From Antedon mediterranea (Eukaryota > Animalia > Echinodermata), in the NCBI RefSeq assembly GCF_964355755.1, contig NC_092673.1:24425648-24489647 (forward strand): a DNA stretch of 64,000 nucleotides, written 5' to 3'. The notes under the pieces are model-generated. The model was not told the origin of the DNA and did not search any database. It saw nothing but the letters and a program-made list of their open reading frames with translations. A program made the position numbers and the translations under genes. Below are positions 51,573 through 63,320 of this stretch, piece after piece (the first letter of the stretch is position 1; every line of letters starts with the position of its first letter).

Positions 51573-53651
51573 TAACAATATAATTACCAAAAACCTTTTT
51601 ACATGTTACTGGAAATATGATACCATATTTATTAATTTCATTTTTATTATATTTATTTTGTGAATTTTGTTTTCTCTTTTATTTATTTTATGAGAAAACT
51701 TTTGTTTTGTATAATTCAAGATTCATGTAGTGTAATAGAACATTACAATCCGCTGCCTGATACTGGACATAATTTGTGCTGTTCAATTTAATGTAATATT
51801 GACTCAATAGATAAGCCTATTTGACAGCCACATACATTAGTCTTGTCGCAATTCTACGTAATTTAATTATCAATTGATTGGAAGGTTAAAGTTGACACAG
51901 AGTAGTTAAACTTCTATGTACATTATTTAAAAGTCATTATCATGTGATGAATCAGAATTTCATTATAGAGAGCCTGTAAAAATATGACGGAATATTTAAT
52001 TTGTATAAAAAAAGAAATTAAAAAACTGTATTTTCAAGATAACACTGATTTTGCATCAATTTAAATTAACATGATTAATTATCAATTGGTAAAAACAATC
52101 TATGAAATGCTCTTTATAAATGTTCTGATTGATTGGTTGATTGATTGGTAGCGCAAAGAGTGTACTCATGATGGAAGCAGAAATACTATAATATAATTGC
52201 ACAGAATTTATATTAATTAACATATAAAGTTAAATAACAAATACACCACAGAATGATACATACTGCCCTATTAAACATCGTAAAAACTATATGATGGAAA
52301 GCATATTTTGAAAGAAAGTCAAAAAGTTTGTTTGAAAATAATATGGATTTACATATTAATTTTAATATTGTTTTCATCCATCATTTAAATAAGTATATCA
52401 CAGGGCTGCAAATTAAGGAGTCTTTGGTCTAGTTGCAACCGGAGAGAATACTGTAGGTCGCAAACTGTGCGCTAATTGTTATTCCAAGGACCTCTCAACC
52501 AAAGACATACAAAACATAAAACAATGCAAATTAAAAACTATTTAATAATCCATATTTTGTTGTTTTGTATATCCAAGTTATGGATATAAATTAATATACT
52601 TTTATCATTTGGTTCTAGATTTAGATAATAATAATATGAAATTTGTAAAGTATAATATTATACTATTATTATTAATAAGAAAATGGGTTCAAATTGCCCC
52701 TGAACAAATAAAGTGTATACTGGTTACTATTTACAGTATTTATAGGTTGCCTACAAAGGTCATGTTTTGTGACACAAACATGTGACTAACTGTAACAATA
52801 GTGTTTATACAGTATTGCACTTCCTATAGTACCATACATGTGATTATAACCATTGGAAAGTTATTGGTATAGTTATTCGAAAGAGAATGAATATGAAAGA
52901 AACCTCTTCAAATTCATGTTTGATTGACCTTAAAGAAGACAGAAAAAACAGTAGGTTAATTTAATCATAAATGAATCATTTATCGGTTATATAGCTGATA
53001 TATGCTATAAATTTATAGCTGATAGCTCCATGCTTTTTAGTTATAGCTGATAGCTCTATGCTATTTAGTAGCTATAGGCCCTATGTAATTTTAATCCCAC
53101 CTATGCTAATCAGTTCCTTACTGTACTATATATAATATCATTCACAGCTAGACCATCATTTTACCTTATTTGCATCTAACTGTAGTTGTGACAGTTTACA
53201 AATTTAAACATTTTTAGAATTTAAGGTGAGAAAACTCATTGGGGGTCTATGTGTGAACCCTGAGCAGTCTCATGAAGCGTCTTCTCTAAGTCTCCCAAAA
53301 AGCTTCTTCTGTCAGTCTCCCAAAAAAGATTTCTCCCAGTCTCAAAAAAAGCAGCTGAAGTATTTGTAGGATGATGCTTAGCTATCTTTCAGATATCTTT
53401 CATGTTGTGCATGAGTTGTTACACATCATTGAACACTTTTGACCTTATAATTTTTTACTGTATTCTAAAATTTTTCTTTTATTTTGGGCCGTAAACACCA
53501 CTTTTATTCACACTCTGAAGGTTGTGTTTCTTACACATATTATTAAATATAGTTATATTTTTGTTTGAAGGGTACTTGTACCTCCAGGCCAAGACGTTTC
53601 CACCTTCTCCACCTCTTCTATATTTGCACCAAAAACCTACACTACTAGTGT

Positions 53652-53712
53652 AAATTTACAGGAAAAATAATACCATATTTATGAAAATATGGTATTATTT
53701 TCCTGTAAATTT
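53652..53712. repeat. Near-perfect palindrome with 28-29-bp arms
   Basis: aaatttacaggaaaaataataccatattt-atga-aaatatggtattattttcctgtaaattt. Confidence 0.9.
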
Positions 53713-55312
53713 GTTTTATATACTATTGAATGACAATGAATGAAACTGTTTTAATATTTTATAGTTTTTTTGTAGTTAAGCAGAATTACGTTAGAAGTAA
53801 ACTATACTCCATACTTGAAATTCTGAAAGGTACTGACTTGATAATGTGTTGTTGTAGCAGATGTATTTTGATAGTTGTAAAAACAATGCAAGATATTTAT
53901 GTTGTTAAATATACGTTGTGCCTTGGGTTGTTTTATCATGATTGATAATTGAGTTGTTTGCCCATAGTTTCCGAAGTTGAATCCTCTTCTAGTCATGTCA
54001 TAACAGATGAAACAAATTCCACAAGATGTGGGTACACTTGACTTGAAACAGTTTGCGAGTTACCAGTTGAAGTTGGTGACATTTTGCCTATTTACTGTAA
54101 ACAATTTAAAAAAAATTAATTGTTTAAATTAAACTTAAATTTAATTATTAGATTACATCTTGTTCTCAGTTTTATGTGATTTTATACTTTTTATTACTGT
54201 TTGTGCAACAATGTTTTAGACAATTTTAATGTGATTACTTTCAGCCAAAGTTTCAAGCCATTCATGAGTTTGACAATAAAGTTTATTGAATTTAATTTAA
54301 TTTAATTGAATTTAAAGCATTTACTGAAACAGGAATATTGGATTCATTAGGCAACCCAGCTTGTTTATTTATATGGATACAGATTCCTGTTATTATTCAA
54401 TACAATGGAAATTACAGTGCTCATATCTTGGCTTGCCTTAAATAAATATAAAGGAAAAAAGGACTATCTAACAAATATCTTGTTATAAGTGCATATCCCA
54501 GCTGGGTGGAATGAGTACTTGTAACGGTCCGTGTACTGTGTTTTATCCAGATGTACTAGTTTTATCCGTCTGTGCCATGAATAAAAAATAGATGCCTGTA
54601 TATCGCTGCCAATGCCATAACATGACCCTAAAATGTAATTGACCTATTGTACCTTGTATAACATTACTGTAGTAGATGTGTGCTATATAATTTATATATA
54701 GTTATTATCATTTTACCTTATTTAAATCAATATAGCAAGGTGATTAAAATTATATGTATTCAATTATTCAAGTCAATTCTATTATATCATGTTTTAAGGC
54801 TATTTTATGTCATACTGTAGCTATAAATATTGTTCGATAATTATATTATTTATTGTGCAATTTGTTTTGATACACTCTTCAATTTTGTTTTTAACATTTT
54901 CTAATAGATTTAAGTGAATTAAAGTATAGCTTGTTGTCGATTATCCCATGCTAGGTGGTGAAAGCATGTCTTCTCGAATTCTTAAATGACGCACGTTGTG
55001 TTGCTATGGCAATCAGGTGGCTGTATTAACAATAGTTAAATGTCAGATTATTTTCATGTTCTCAGTGATTTTGAGTATAGTATGTCACAAATATGTACAT
55101 TTACTAAATTTAATTTGTTTTGTCAAATTGTTTTAAAATTATTTTAAAGTCTCTATTAAGATAATCTTGTTTTGTCAAATATGAGATATATTTATTGTTT
55201 AAAATAAGTACATGATATTGTGTTTTTGTATTAGTGAAAAAATAGAATTACGCAGATACAACTTTTTTTAATTATTATTATTATTTGTGACTATCTCTAA
55301 AATGCTGTTTTA

Positions 55313-55473
55313 AGCCCTGTCTACACTTGACACCCTGACAAAAAAAGTGTGATGTGCCCAAATATGGTAGTGGTATGCCCAAATATGGTAGTGATATGAC
55401 ATCATCATGTCCATATGGGCACATCACATCGTGTTGTCACATACAGTAAAGTTTGATAGTGTAAGACAGAGCT
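55313..55473. mobile_element. PIF/Harbinger-type MITE family B
   Basis: TTA flanks on both sides; TIRs present. Confidence 0.8.
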
Positions 55474-55770
55474 TTAGGATAGTGACTAACATTATAAATC
55501 TATGTTTGCTCTGTAGTGTCAAATTTTATTTTCTTTTATATGATTAATATAATATTATTTTATATGATTAATGTGGATTTATTGAAACTTGCAAATTGTG
55601 CTTGATTTTCTTAGAAATTATGGAAATGTTTGCAACTGATTCTTTATTATAGGAAGATCCACCTTCACACAGATCTCCGCCCATTTACACCAGGATGATA
55701 AAATTGACGATAAATAGATAAATATGCATTTTTCATACATAAAAACAAAAGAATAACCATCTACACCTCT

Positions 55771-55915
55771 ATTGATAAAAATTATATTTTCACACGTCCA
55801 ATCAAATGAAGTTATGATTAGTAAGAGCAATAATGACAATACAATGACGATGAACTATTGTTTTTATTGACCATGATGTCATTTGATTGGATTTTTGAAA
55901 ATATTATTTTTATCA
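55771..55915. mobile_element. Degenerate fold-back element (related piece at ~58310-58420)
   Basis: ttgataaaaattatattttca..tccaatcaaatga pairs with tcatttgattggatttttgaaaatattatttttatcaa. Confidence 0.5.
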
Positions 55916-56850
55916 AAGACAGCATAAATGATTATCCTAGAGTTCTAGAAAGTTCTTTTATTTTATGTAAGAAAAATGCAAGCTTATTTCTTTATCGTTG
56001 ATCGTTATTGTCCTACTAGTGTAAATGTGTCTTTACCCTCTACTCTCTATATTATCTTGTAAAAAATGGCAGCCCTTCATTATACTGTTTTCCCTCCTGT
56101 CCCCCTTCCAGTCTTTATATACTATACAAAACACCAATACAATAACACCCATGGACCGAACTTATATTAAAACTCTCGGAGTAGAATATGTTGGTTTGCA
56201 TCCATTGCTGTCCATAAAGGGCTTATCATATTAAACCATAAATAGATTTCGGAACTAAATTTATTTAATTACCATTCAACAGAATAGGAAATTTAGAATT
56301 GTGATTGTACATACCTGAATTCAGCAGTAAGTATCTTGTTAACAGAATATTGGAAGATGATCAAGATATTAATTATTATTATCCCTTTTTTCAAATGTTG
56401 TTTTACATAATTGATTCATGCAGAGCGTGTTAATTTGTTCGTCAAGCATTTTTAATTGCGAGTGCATTCGATACAGTTGATGACATATACATTACCGTAT
56501 CGTTGTAGGGCCTATGTATGTTCCTCGTAGTATGTATCGTAACCTTGGGATTCCATAGAAATCAACAAAATTCCATTCTATTTCTGCTCGCTATATAAAA
56601 ACCTGCTGGATGTATTCAGACTATTAATTTATTTATTTTTAAAATAACCTTGAATTATCATCCAACTTCGAGGATAGTTATATAATAAAAAATATAAAGG
56701 CCATTTTGGAAACATGTAAAAAGGAGGCAATTTTATCATTTATGATTAAAATTTCTTTTTTGCACTATAACAAATTAACTACTGGTACTGCATCTATAGT
56801 TTGTTCAGTATATACAGTGTCACATGTTTCATGTAATGTAAATAATAACT

Positions 56851-57060
56851 TGAACCCTACCAGGAAACCTTATCAAAGTGTCCTCTTAATAGAGGTGTCC
56901 TCTGAATAAGGGTTAGCCATAGCGTTAAAACAAATATTTTCCCTTGTTGATTAAATCATAGGAAAATGTCCCCTGAATAGAGGTGTCCCCTGAATAGAGG
57001 TGTCCCCTAAATAGAGGTGTCCCCTGAATAGAGGCGTCCCAAGGGAGATGCTGTACTGTA
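56851..57060. mobile_element. MITE with a 17-bp tandem TGTCCCCTGAATAGAGG (x4 at 56967-57034), ending in ACTGTA
   Basis: Visible tandem; the Tc1/mariner-like terminus is inference. Confidence 0.6.
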
Positions 57061-58118
57061 TTAGAACATCCCTGATGGCACTGGACCAATAATTAATTAC
57101 TAATAATTTGTTACTAAACTTGTTTGTCAACAGCATTATTAGTAATCCTTGTGCGGTATTTTACGAATACTAATATTTGGAAGAATGTAAATTTGATTTT
57201 AAAATATATTATATTATATTAGATAATATAATGACTAATGTCGTCAATTTAGAATCCAAATTTAATAATAAATCATCCATAATTCTAATTCTAATAAAAT
57301 TTCTATTGTTAACAAAATTAAGTATTATGAAAATTCTTTTGTTCATTATTTAGAGAGTTTTTATTGCATAATTGATATGCTAATTATGTCATATTAATAC
57401 TGTATGTAGTAGACAGACCTCGTGATTGTACAGTAAGGTACAGGTAAAGAATTATTGGTATATGCATACCAGTATGCATATCAATAACATCAATAGCTCT
57501 CAGTAATGTTTTTTGCTCAAATTCTACATTAAATATGAATGAATGAATCCATTTAAATAATGTACCTAGGGCCAACCTTTTCTGATGTCAAATCATCCAG
57601 GAATATTTCAAAATCACTGTTCCCACAATGCGGCTAAGCCCTTACCTAATATACAGTGGAAATTCTATAATATCATCTTTTTTAATTGATTTATAATTTT
57701 GTTAATGAAATAAATACTTAATAACATTTATGCTATAAGCTAAATAGTGTTTTTTTGTTGTAGAAATACAAAAACAATAACGTTTTCATTAATTTACACA
57801 CGTACATATTCAACTAATCGTTGTTGAGTAAACACTGTTTGAGTATGTAGCGCAAATAGTCTCTGATTTAGTATTATTACAGCTCACTGATTAGTGATGA
57901 TAAGCTAGCAGGAGTCATCACAGGCAGAAGATATTGCATTTCATGGCCTTTGGTTATAGTAGGATCTGGCTATTTGCCATTAGCATTTAGCAATTGTGAA
58001 TTAATGTTACTTGTACGTATGAGTTGTAAAATTGATAATGTGCACTTGGGGAGTAATATTGGTTTTTTGGGTTAAGTTAAAACTGGTTAATTCTAAAAAA
58101 TTGAAAAAAGGTCTTCAT

Positions 58119-58270
58119 TATGGAAGGCAATCACCGCCAAAAATACAATTACAAACATAAAATATATTCGTGGAAATATACAACGTACTCGCAGAAACCT
58201 ACACATTGTATGTTTCCACGAATTTGTAGAATTTTTGTAATTGTGTATTTGGTGGCGATTGCCTTCCATA
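58119..58270. mobile_element. Fold-back MITE, ~150 bp, inverted over almost its full length
   Basis: tatggaaggcaatcaccgccaaaaatacaattacaaa ... tttgtaattgtgtatttggtggcgattgccttccata. Confidence 0.8.
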
Positions 58271-59039
58271 CTTCATCTTAGAACTGGGATATCCATTTTT
58301 GCTGCCTTTGATGAAAATCCATTCAAACAAATAGTATAAGAGCAATACTACAGTACTATTATAATAATACAACAATTCTATTGCTGTTTTTGATCATGAC
58401 GTCATTTGAATGGATTTAGATTTTTTTATTATAATGACACGAATGAGTTAGTTAAATCTAATGTATGATCTTTATCTATTTATCGTTGTATTCTCGTTCG
58501 AAGTATAAACAAGCCTTAACATTGTGTATTTAGCAGTATCTATAAACAATATATATTACCAGATATAATATATTTATTGTTTGAATCTCATTATGATTAT
58601 CATTTTTCTATTAGTATCACTTTGTTTTATTACTAGGTCAAGCGTCAACCTTCTTGAAAGCATGTTTTCTTGATTGGATTGTTATGCTTGACATCCTTTT
58701 CATGATGTTTAAAAACACTACAATAAAACTAGTTTGAAATTATTATAACTAACTAAAGATATTCACTCTAGCGTGGTTTTCAAAATTAATACCTTTCCGG
58801 TACAATTCCTGTCATTTTGAAACCCTACAGTATGTGTATGGATACATGCAAAAGAACGATCATTTCAACGTAAATATAAATAGAAGTGTGGGAGAATAAC
58901 CTGTGAGTTGTAGCCTAACTGGAATTGTGTGGACGGCACATACAATAACTTTCTTCTCAGCTCCCCAAATGGTGCCTTCGTGGCAAGTGCTCCCACCAAA
59001 CGGCGCCCGTCTGTCCACAATGATAGGGACTGATTGAAT

Positions 59040-59225
59040 GGACCAGTGCACCGGGGTAACCCTCTACTCTTCCAAAAGATGAACTGGGTTCTTTACATTG
59101 CACACGAGCCAGATGTGTATGCTTTACCTCCACTTTTAAGTCCTTATCTAAGAACAATGGTCAAGGAGTGACTTGAACCTGTGCTGGTTGTATAGCAATG
59201 GTTTGTCTTAAAGCTTGGCCACTCG
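59040..59225 (-). mobile_element. Diverged Deu/Nin-like SINE copy
   Basis: caccggggtaaccct..ctactct...gggttcttta...cacacgagccagatgtgtat...agtccttatc is shared with 10879-10980. Confidence 0.7.
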
Positions 59226-59310
59226 ACTCGATTAAGTCTGTGTTTATTATTGTAATACTGTATATGTGATTTGACGAATTGTTGATAATTGATATTTATT
59301 GTTTTTTTAG

Positions 59311-59405
59311 CCCAGGAATGGGGTTGCTGTACATACTTGTTGGTGTTTCTCTCTTACCTGCTTGTTGTCTGCACATTTCCATTTTCACTGGCGTACACAC
59401 TCCGT
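59311..59405 (+). CDS. Stomatin/band-7 family gene, hairpin-membrane exon (QEWGCCTYLLVFLSYLLVVCTFPFSLAYTLR)
   Basis: Acceptor gtttttttag, donor CGT|gtaagt; GCC cysteines and the conserved TFP proline of the stomatin membrane hairpin. Confidence 0.9.
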
Positions 59406-59499
59406 GTAAGTATATATATATATATATTGAATTTTAATTTGCTAGGAGCATAGACTTTGGTTGCAAAAGGAACAAATAGATTGAACCTATGAATTGCCA

Positions 59500-59630
59500 A
59501 AATGTGCCATGCTTCTTTTTTTGTAGTACACTCCTATTATGTATGCCCATATCATCACAAAATTCTAAAAATGTGCCATGCCTTTTTATTTGGAGTACAC
59601 TCATATTATGTATGCCCATATCGTCACAAA
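59500..59630. repeat. Two-copy tandem duplication of ~69 bp
   Basis: aaatgtgccatgc..ttt...agtacactc.tattatgtatgcccatatc.tcacaaa occurs twice. Confidence 0.8.
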
Positions 59631-60136
59631 TCATAAACCCGAAAATGTATCGCAATCAAACAATTATTTTCAGATCTGTATACATTATAGCACAGCAAAC
59701 CTTCAAACAATATGTCAGACAAAATTCATAAAGCACTCTTTCAAACTATACCCACTAGATCAATGCCTGAAAGAACTTTTGAATATTAATGTTTAACCAT
59801 GTGTACCATTAACCCACACACTAATCTTCCATTAAGTCCCTCTATAAATAGACTGTATGTTGTTTTCTCATATATCACATTACATTATATCTAAAGTACA
59901 GTATTCTCCATACAGTAAATGCCCTGTTAGATATTATATATTATACAACTAGATTGTCAACTTGGTAGAACATTGAAGGTAACTCTCTAGCCAATGAAAT
60001 AAACAGTTTATTTATACTTAGCACATTCTAGACGGCCCAGAATTTTGTAAGCGCACGGATGCTTATTCATGCAAGTACAGTAAACCTAATATTCTATAGT
60101 GCCTTAAAATGTTTCTTTATTTTATTATAATTTCAG

Positions 60137-60292
60137 ATGGTAAAGGAATATGAGCGAGCTGTTATTTTTCGATTGGGGATGTTGTTGTCGGGAGGTGCTA
60201 AAGGTCCTGGTCTCTTCTTCATTTTGCCATGCATCGATAATTATGTGAAAGTTGACTTAAGAACTATTTCCTTCGATGTTGCCCCTCAAGAA
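60137..60292 (+). CDS. Stomatin gene exon ([14 protein letters not shown]...[14 protein letters not shown])
   Basis: Hallmark SPFH motif [12 protein letters not shown] / [12 protein letters not shown]; acceptor tttcag, donor GAA|gtaagt. Confidence 0.97.
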
Positions 60293-60495
60293 GTAAGTAC
60301 AATAATCCAACATTTTTTTATTTGTAAAAAGATACTTTTTAATGTTGTATAATATTGTTACCTAATGTAGATTGTAGGCCTATGTTTTAATAAAAGATTT
60401 GGTTTGTACATACGTGCCACACGTTCAATGAAAAAAAAATTTTGTATTTAAGTTTTGATAGCCAAAGGTTGAAGGTTTGCTTGCGAAATCAAATG

Positions 60496-60652
60496 TTGAT
60501 ATAAAGTTTGCGGTACACCACGTATATTAGTTCTGAAAAGAGCTGTTGAGTTTCGCGATGTTTCAGTCAATATGCTTTGATCGTCCTCAGAAGGGAAAAT
60601 CTTGAGGTTCTTCTTTTCAGAACTACGTGGTGTACCGCAAACTTTATATCAA
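60496..60652 (-). mobile_element. Penelope-like pseudo-LTR remnant: ~41-bp inverted repeats enclosing a decayed minimal hammerhead
   Basis: Arms 60496-60541 and 60612-60652; minus strand reads CTGAGGA-C-GATCAA-agcata-TTGACT-GAAA-CA-TC (60590-60557). Confidence 0.6.
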
Positions 60653-60781
60653 ATATGAATTATAGAGTTTAAGTATTCTCCTGGAACTACTGTAATTATT
60701 TTGCTCTATGGATTACTATGCCTGCATCTCTGGTGATCTAATATTTTGAAGAAATATAAAACAAGACACATAATTGTAAAA

Positions 60782-60918
60782 AGCTCTGTCTACACTATCA
60801 AATGTGATGTGCCCATATATGGACATAACGATGTCATATCACTACCACCTTTAGGCATATCACTACCATATTTGAGCACATCACACTTAATTTGTCAAAC
60901 TAGTTTGTATAAAGAGCT
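60782..60918. mobile_element. PIF/Harbinger-type MITE family B
   Basis: agctctgtctacactatcaaa ... agtttgtataaagagct with the same internal repeats. Confidence 0.75.
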
Positions 60919-61076
60919 TAATACTAAATCCCACAAGGATCTGGGCCTACTAATAATAGTAGCTAAATTAAGCATTTTACATTTTACTGTAAGGAGTTAT
61001 CCAATAATAATAAAAGTGTGAGGTGTATTAAAGAATATTTACTGACACTTTACATTTATTTTTTTTTTTTTTTTAG

Positions 61077-61336
61077 ATTTTAACAAAGGACAGTGTTACA
61101 GTTGCAGTTGATGCAGTCGTCTATTACCGAGTTTTCAATCCTACCGTAGCAATAACTAATGTTGTGGATGTCCAAAAATCCACCAAGCTACTTGCAGCTA
61201 CGACATTGAGAAATTGCCTTGGAACTAAAACTCTTGCCGAAGTGTTGTCAGACAGGGAGAATGTGAGCACACACATGCAATCTGTACTAGATGATGCTAC
61301 TGACCCGTGGGGCGTGAAGGTTGAAAGGGTTGAAAT
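61077..61336 (+). CDS. Stomatin gene exon (ILTKDSVTVAVDAVVYYRV...DDATDPWGVKVERVE)
   Basis: Conserved SPFH core; acceptor poly-T ag, donor AT|gtaagt (phase 2). Not listed in the ORF track. Confidence 0.97.
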
Positions 61337-62800
61337 GTAAGTTTATTCATTTTGCCATGTAAATCTGAAATTACATTATGGAGAATCTGTCAAAGCACAG
61401 TTCCATACCGATCTAACCCGTCCCAGAAGTAAAGTAATTGTGGTTTATTTAAAACACTGTCCAATCCAGGTTGTAGCGCTAAGGGTGCGTGCCTCTTTGA
61501 CAGCTAAAATTAAATTATGAAATATGATTTGATCTGTTATGTGTTTAATCAGCTGCTCCCCACTATAAAAAGTAGAGGGAGGAAGATTTGTGATGCGTAA
61601 TTTTAAAAATTATTGATGTGTGACTTAAGCCTGGAGACCATGTAGATGTCTTACGCTAGATACAGTAGATGAATTCCAAAAAGAAGTGTTTGATTATAAA
61701 ACTGAAGTACAAAAGATCATAAGAACATCCGCTATGCAAGAAGATTGGTTGGAGATCAAAACCATTGATGTATGACTTTCATATCATAATCAAAACTTAG
61801 ACAAAGGGTCAGTGTCGTAAGAGGTACAGCTTCCACTAAATCTATTCCTGGTTCCGACCTATGGAGTTGTACGCAGCATATATGAAAGCATAAACAGACC
61901 CTGAGTGTATTTTGTAGTTTGTGATTGATTCTATCTTTATTTTCTGACCACTTAACAAACAACACTGATTAATATTATCATGTGCATTTGCTGTTTATCA
62001 GAATGCTTGATTCATTACTATTTTGCTTTTACCATAAACTGTGTATGATTTGTGAGGTACAATTGCAATATTAGATACAGAGTCAAGGGTCAACTCATAA
62101 ACATACATCAATTACTTTAATTTCTCTAATGGAAATTTAGTCTATTGTTTTTAAGATGCATATTTTATGCTGTTTATGTCCAAGCTCAGTCAATTGAAAA
62201 AAAAAAAAAATACAGGAATAATGTAATTTTCTTTTCATTAAATACGACGTATATTAAATTACGTCACACACGTACGTATTCATGCTTTAATGTAAAGAAT
62301 TCAGATTTAATTTTATTGTAAGTATGAGTACATTTTCAACATTAAACTCTAAGATGTATACAGTATTAATAAAATTATTACTATATAAAAAATATTTAAA
62401 CATACTTGATATATTATATTAAAACAATCAATATTTAAAAACAGACATGAAATACCACAGGGATACAATATTTTAAAAGCAACATATATAAAAAAAATAC
62501 TATAAACATTACTTTATACCGGTTCCAATAATTAGTTAAAATATGCCAAAAACTGGCTAAAAAAATATAAATAAAAAAAATATAAATAAAAAAGTATAAC
62601 AAAATTATAAATTTATATACAGATACAATGTTCCAAAGTACTAACAAATCATGCCTACATACAGAAATCTCGCTAAGCCTTTTTGCAGCAAGTTACGTTC
62701 TCGATCAATATTTTATGTGCATAAACAAAATAGTCACATCCACTCATGTGAATGCAAGCAATGCACACTTTGAAGTTAAATAACATTGCGTAAAAATAAT

Positions 62801-63122
62801 GATGTATTGTCCCCCAAAAACATGAAAATTGAAGATTAATTAAATCAGACTTTGAATATATTATTTTGTAGTTTTAATAAAGCTTATCACTTCCATAGAA
62901 AAAATAAAGGAAAAAAATCATGTTTTTACTTATGAATGAAAAAATAAATTTTAAAGTCAACCAAAAACCCATTGGTTGGCAGCCAATTTGACCATTTTTT
63001 GCTTTAAATTACAGTTTTTTCAGGTAAATACATTTTTTATACAACTATACTATGTTACACTAAAATAGCATATTCAACAAAAATTTGTTTAAGAATTAGT
63101 TTTCCAGAGGGACAATACATCT
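62801..63122. mobile_element. Kolobok-type MITE (family of 45458-45751)
   Basis: gatgtattgtccccc ... gaggggacaatacatct|ttaa. Confidence 0.65.
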
Positions 63123-63241
63123 TTAAACATAATATATTTATAAATTGATCCTTTCCTGTCCTTTTCTATTTATCAAATACAATGTCTGGAAAATACGATG
63201 TTTACAATTTAATTAATTATTTGAATCGTTTGTACTTTTAG

Positions 63242-63320
63242 GAAAGATGTGCGTCTGCCCGTTCAGTTACAGCGTGCCATGGCAGCTGAAGCAGAGGCAG
63301 CGAGGGAAGCACGAGCCAAG
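63242..63320 (+). CDS. Stomatin gene exon ((M)KDVRLPVQLQRAMAAEAEAAREARAK); gene continues beyond the window
   Basis: Conserved stomatin coiled-coil motif; acceptor cttttag, phase 2, donor AAG|gtttgt. Confidence 0.96.
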
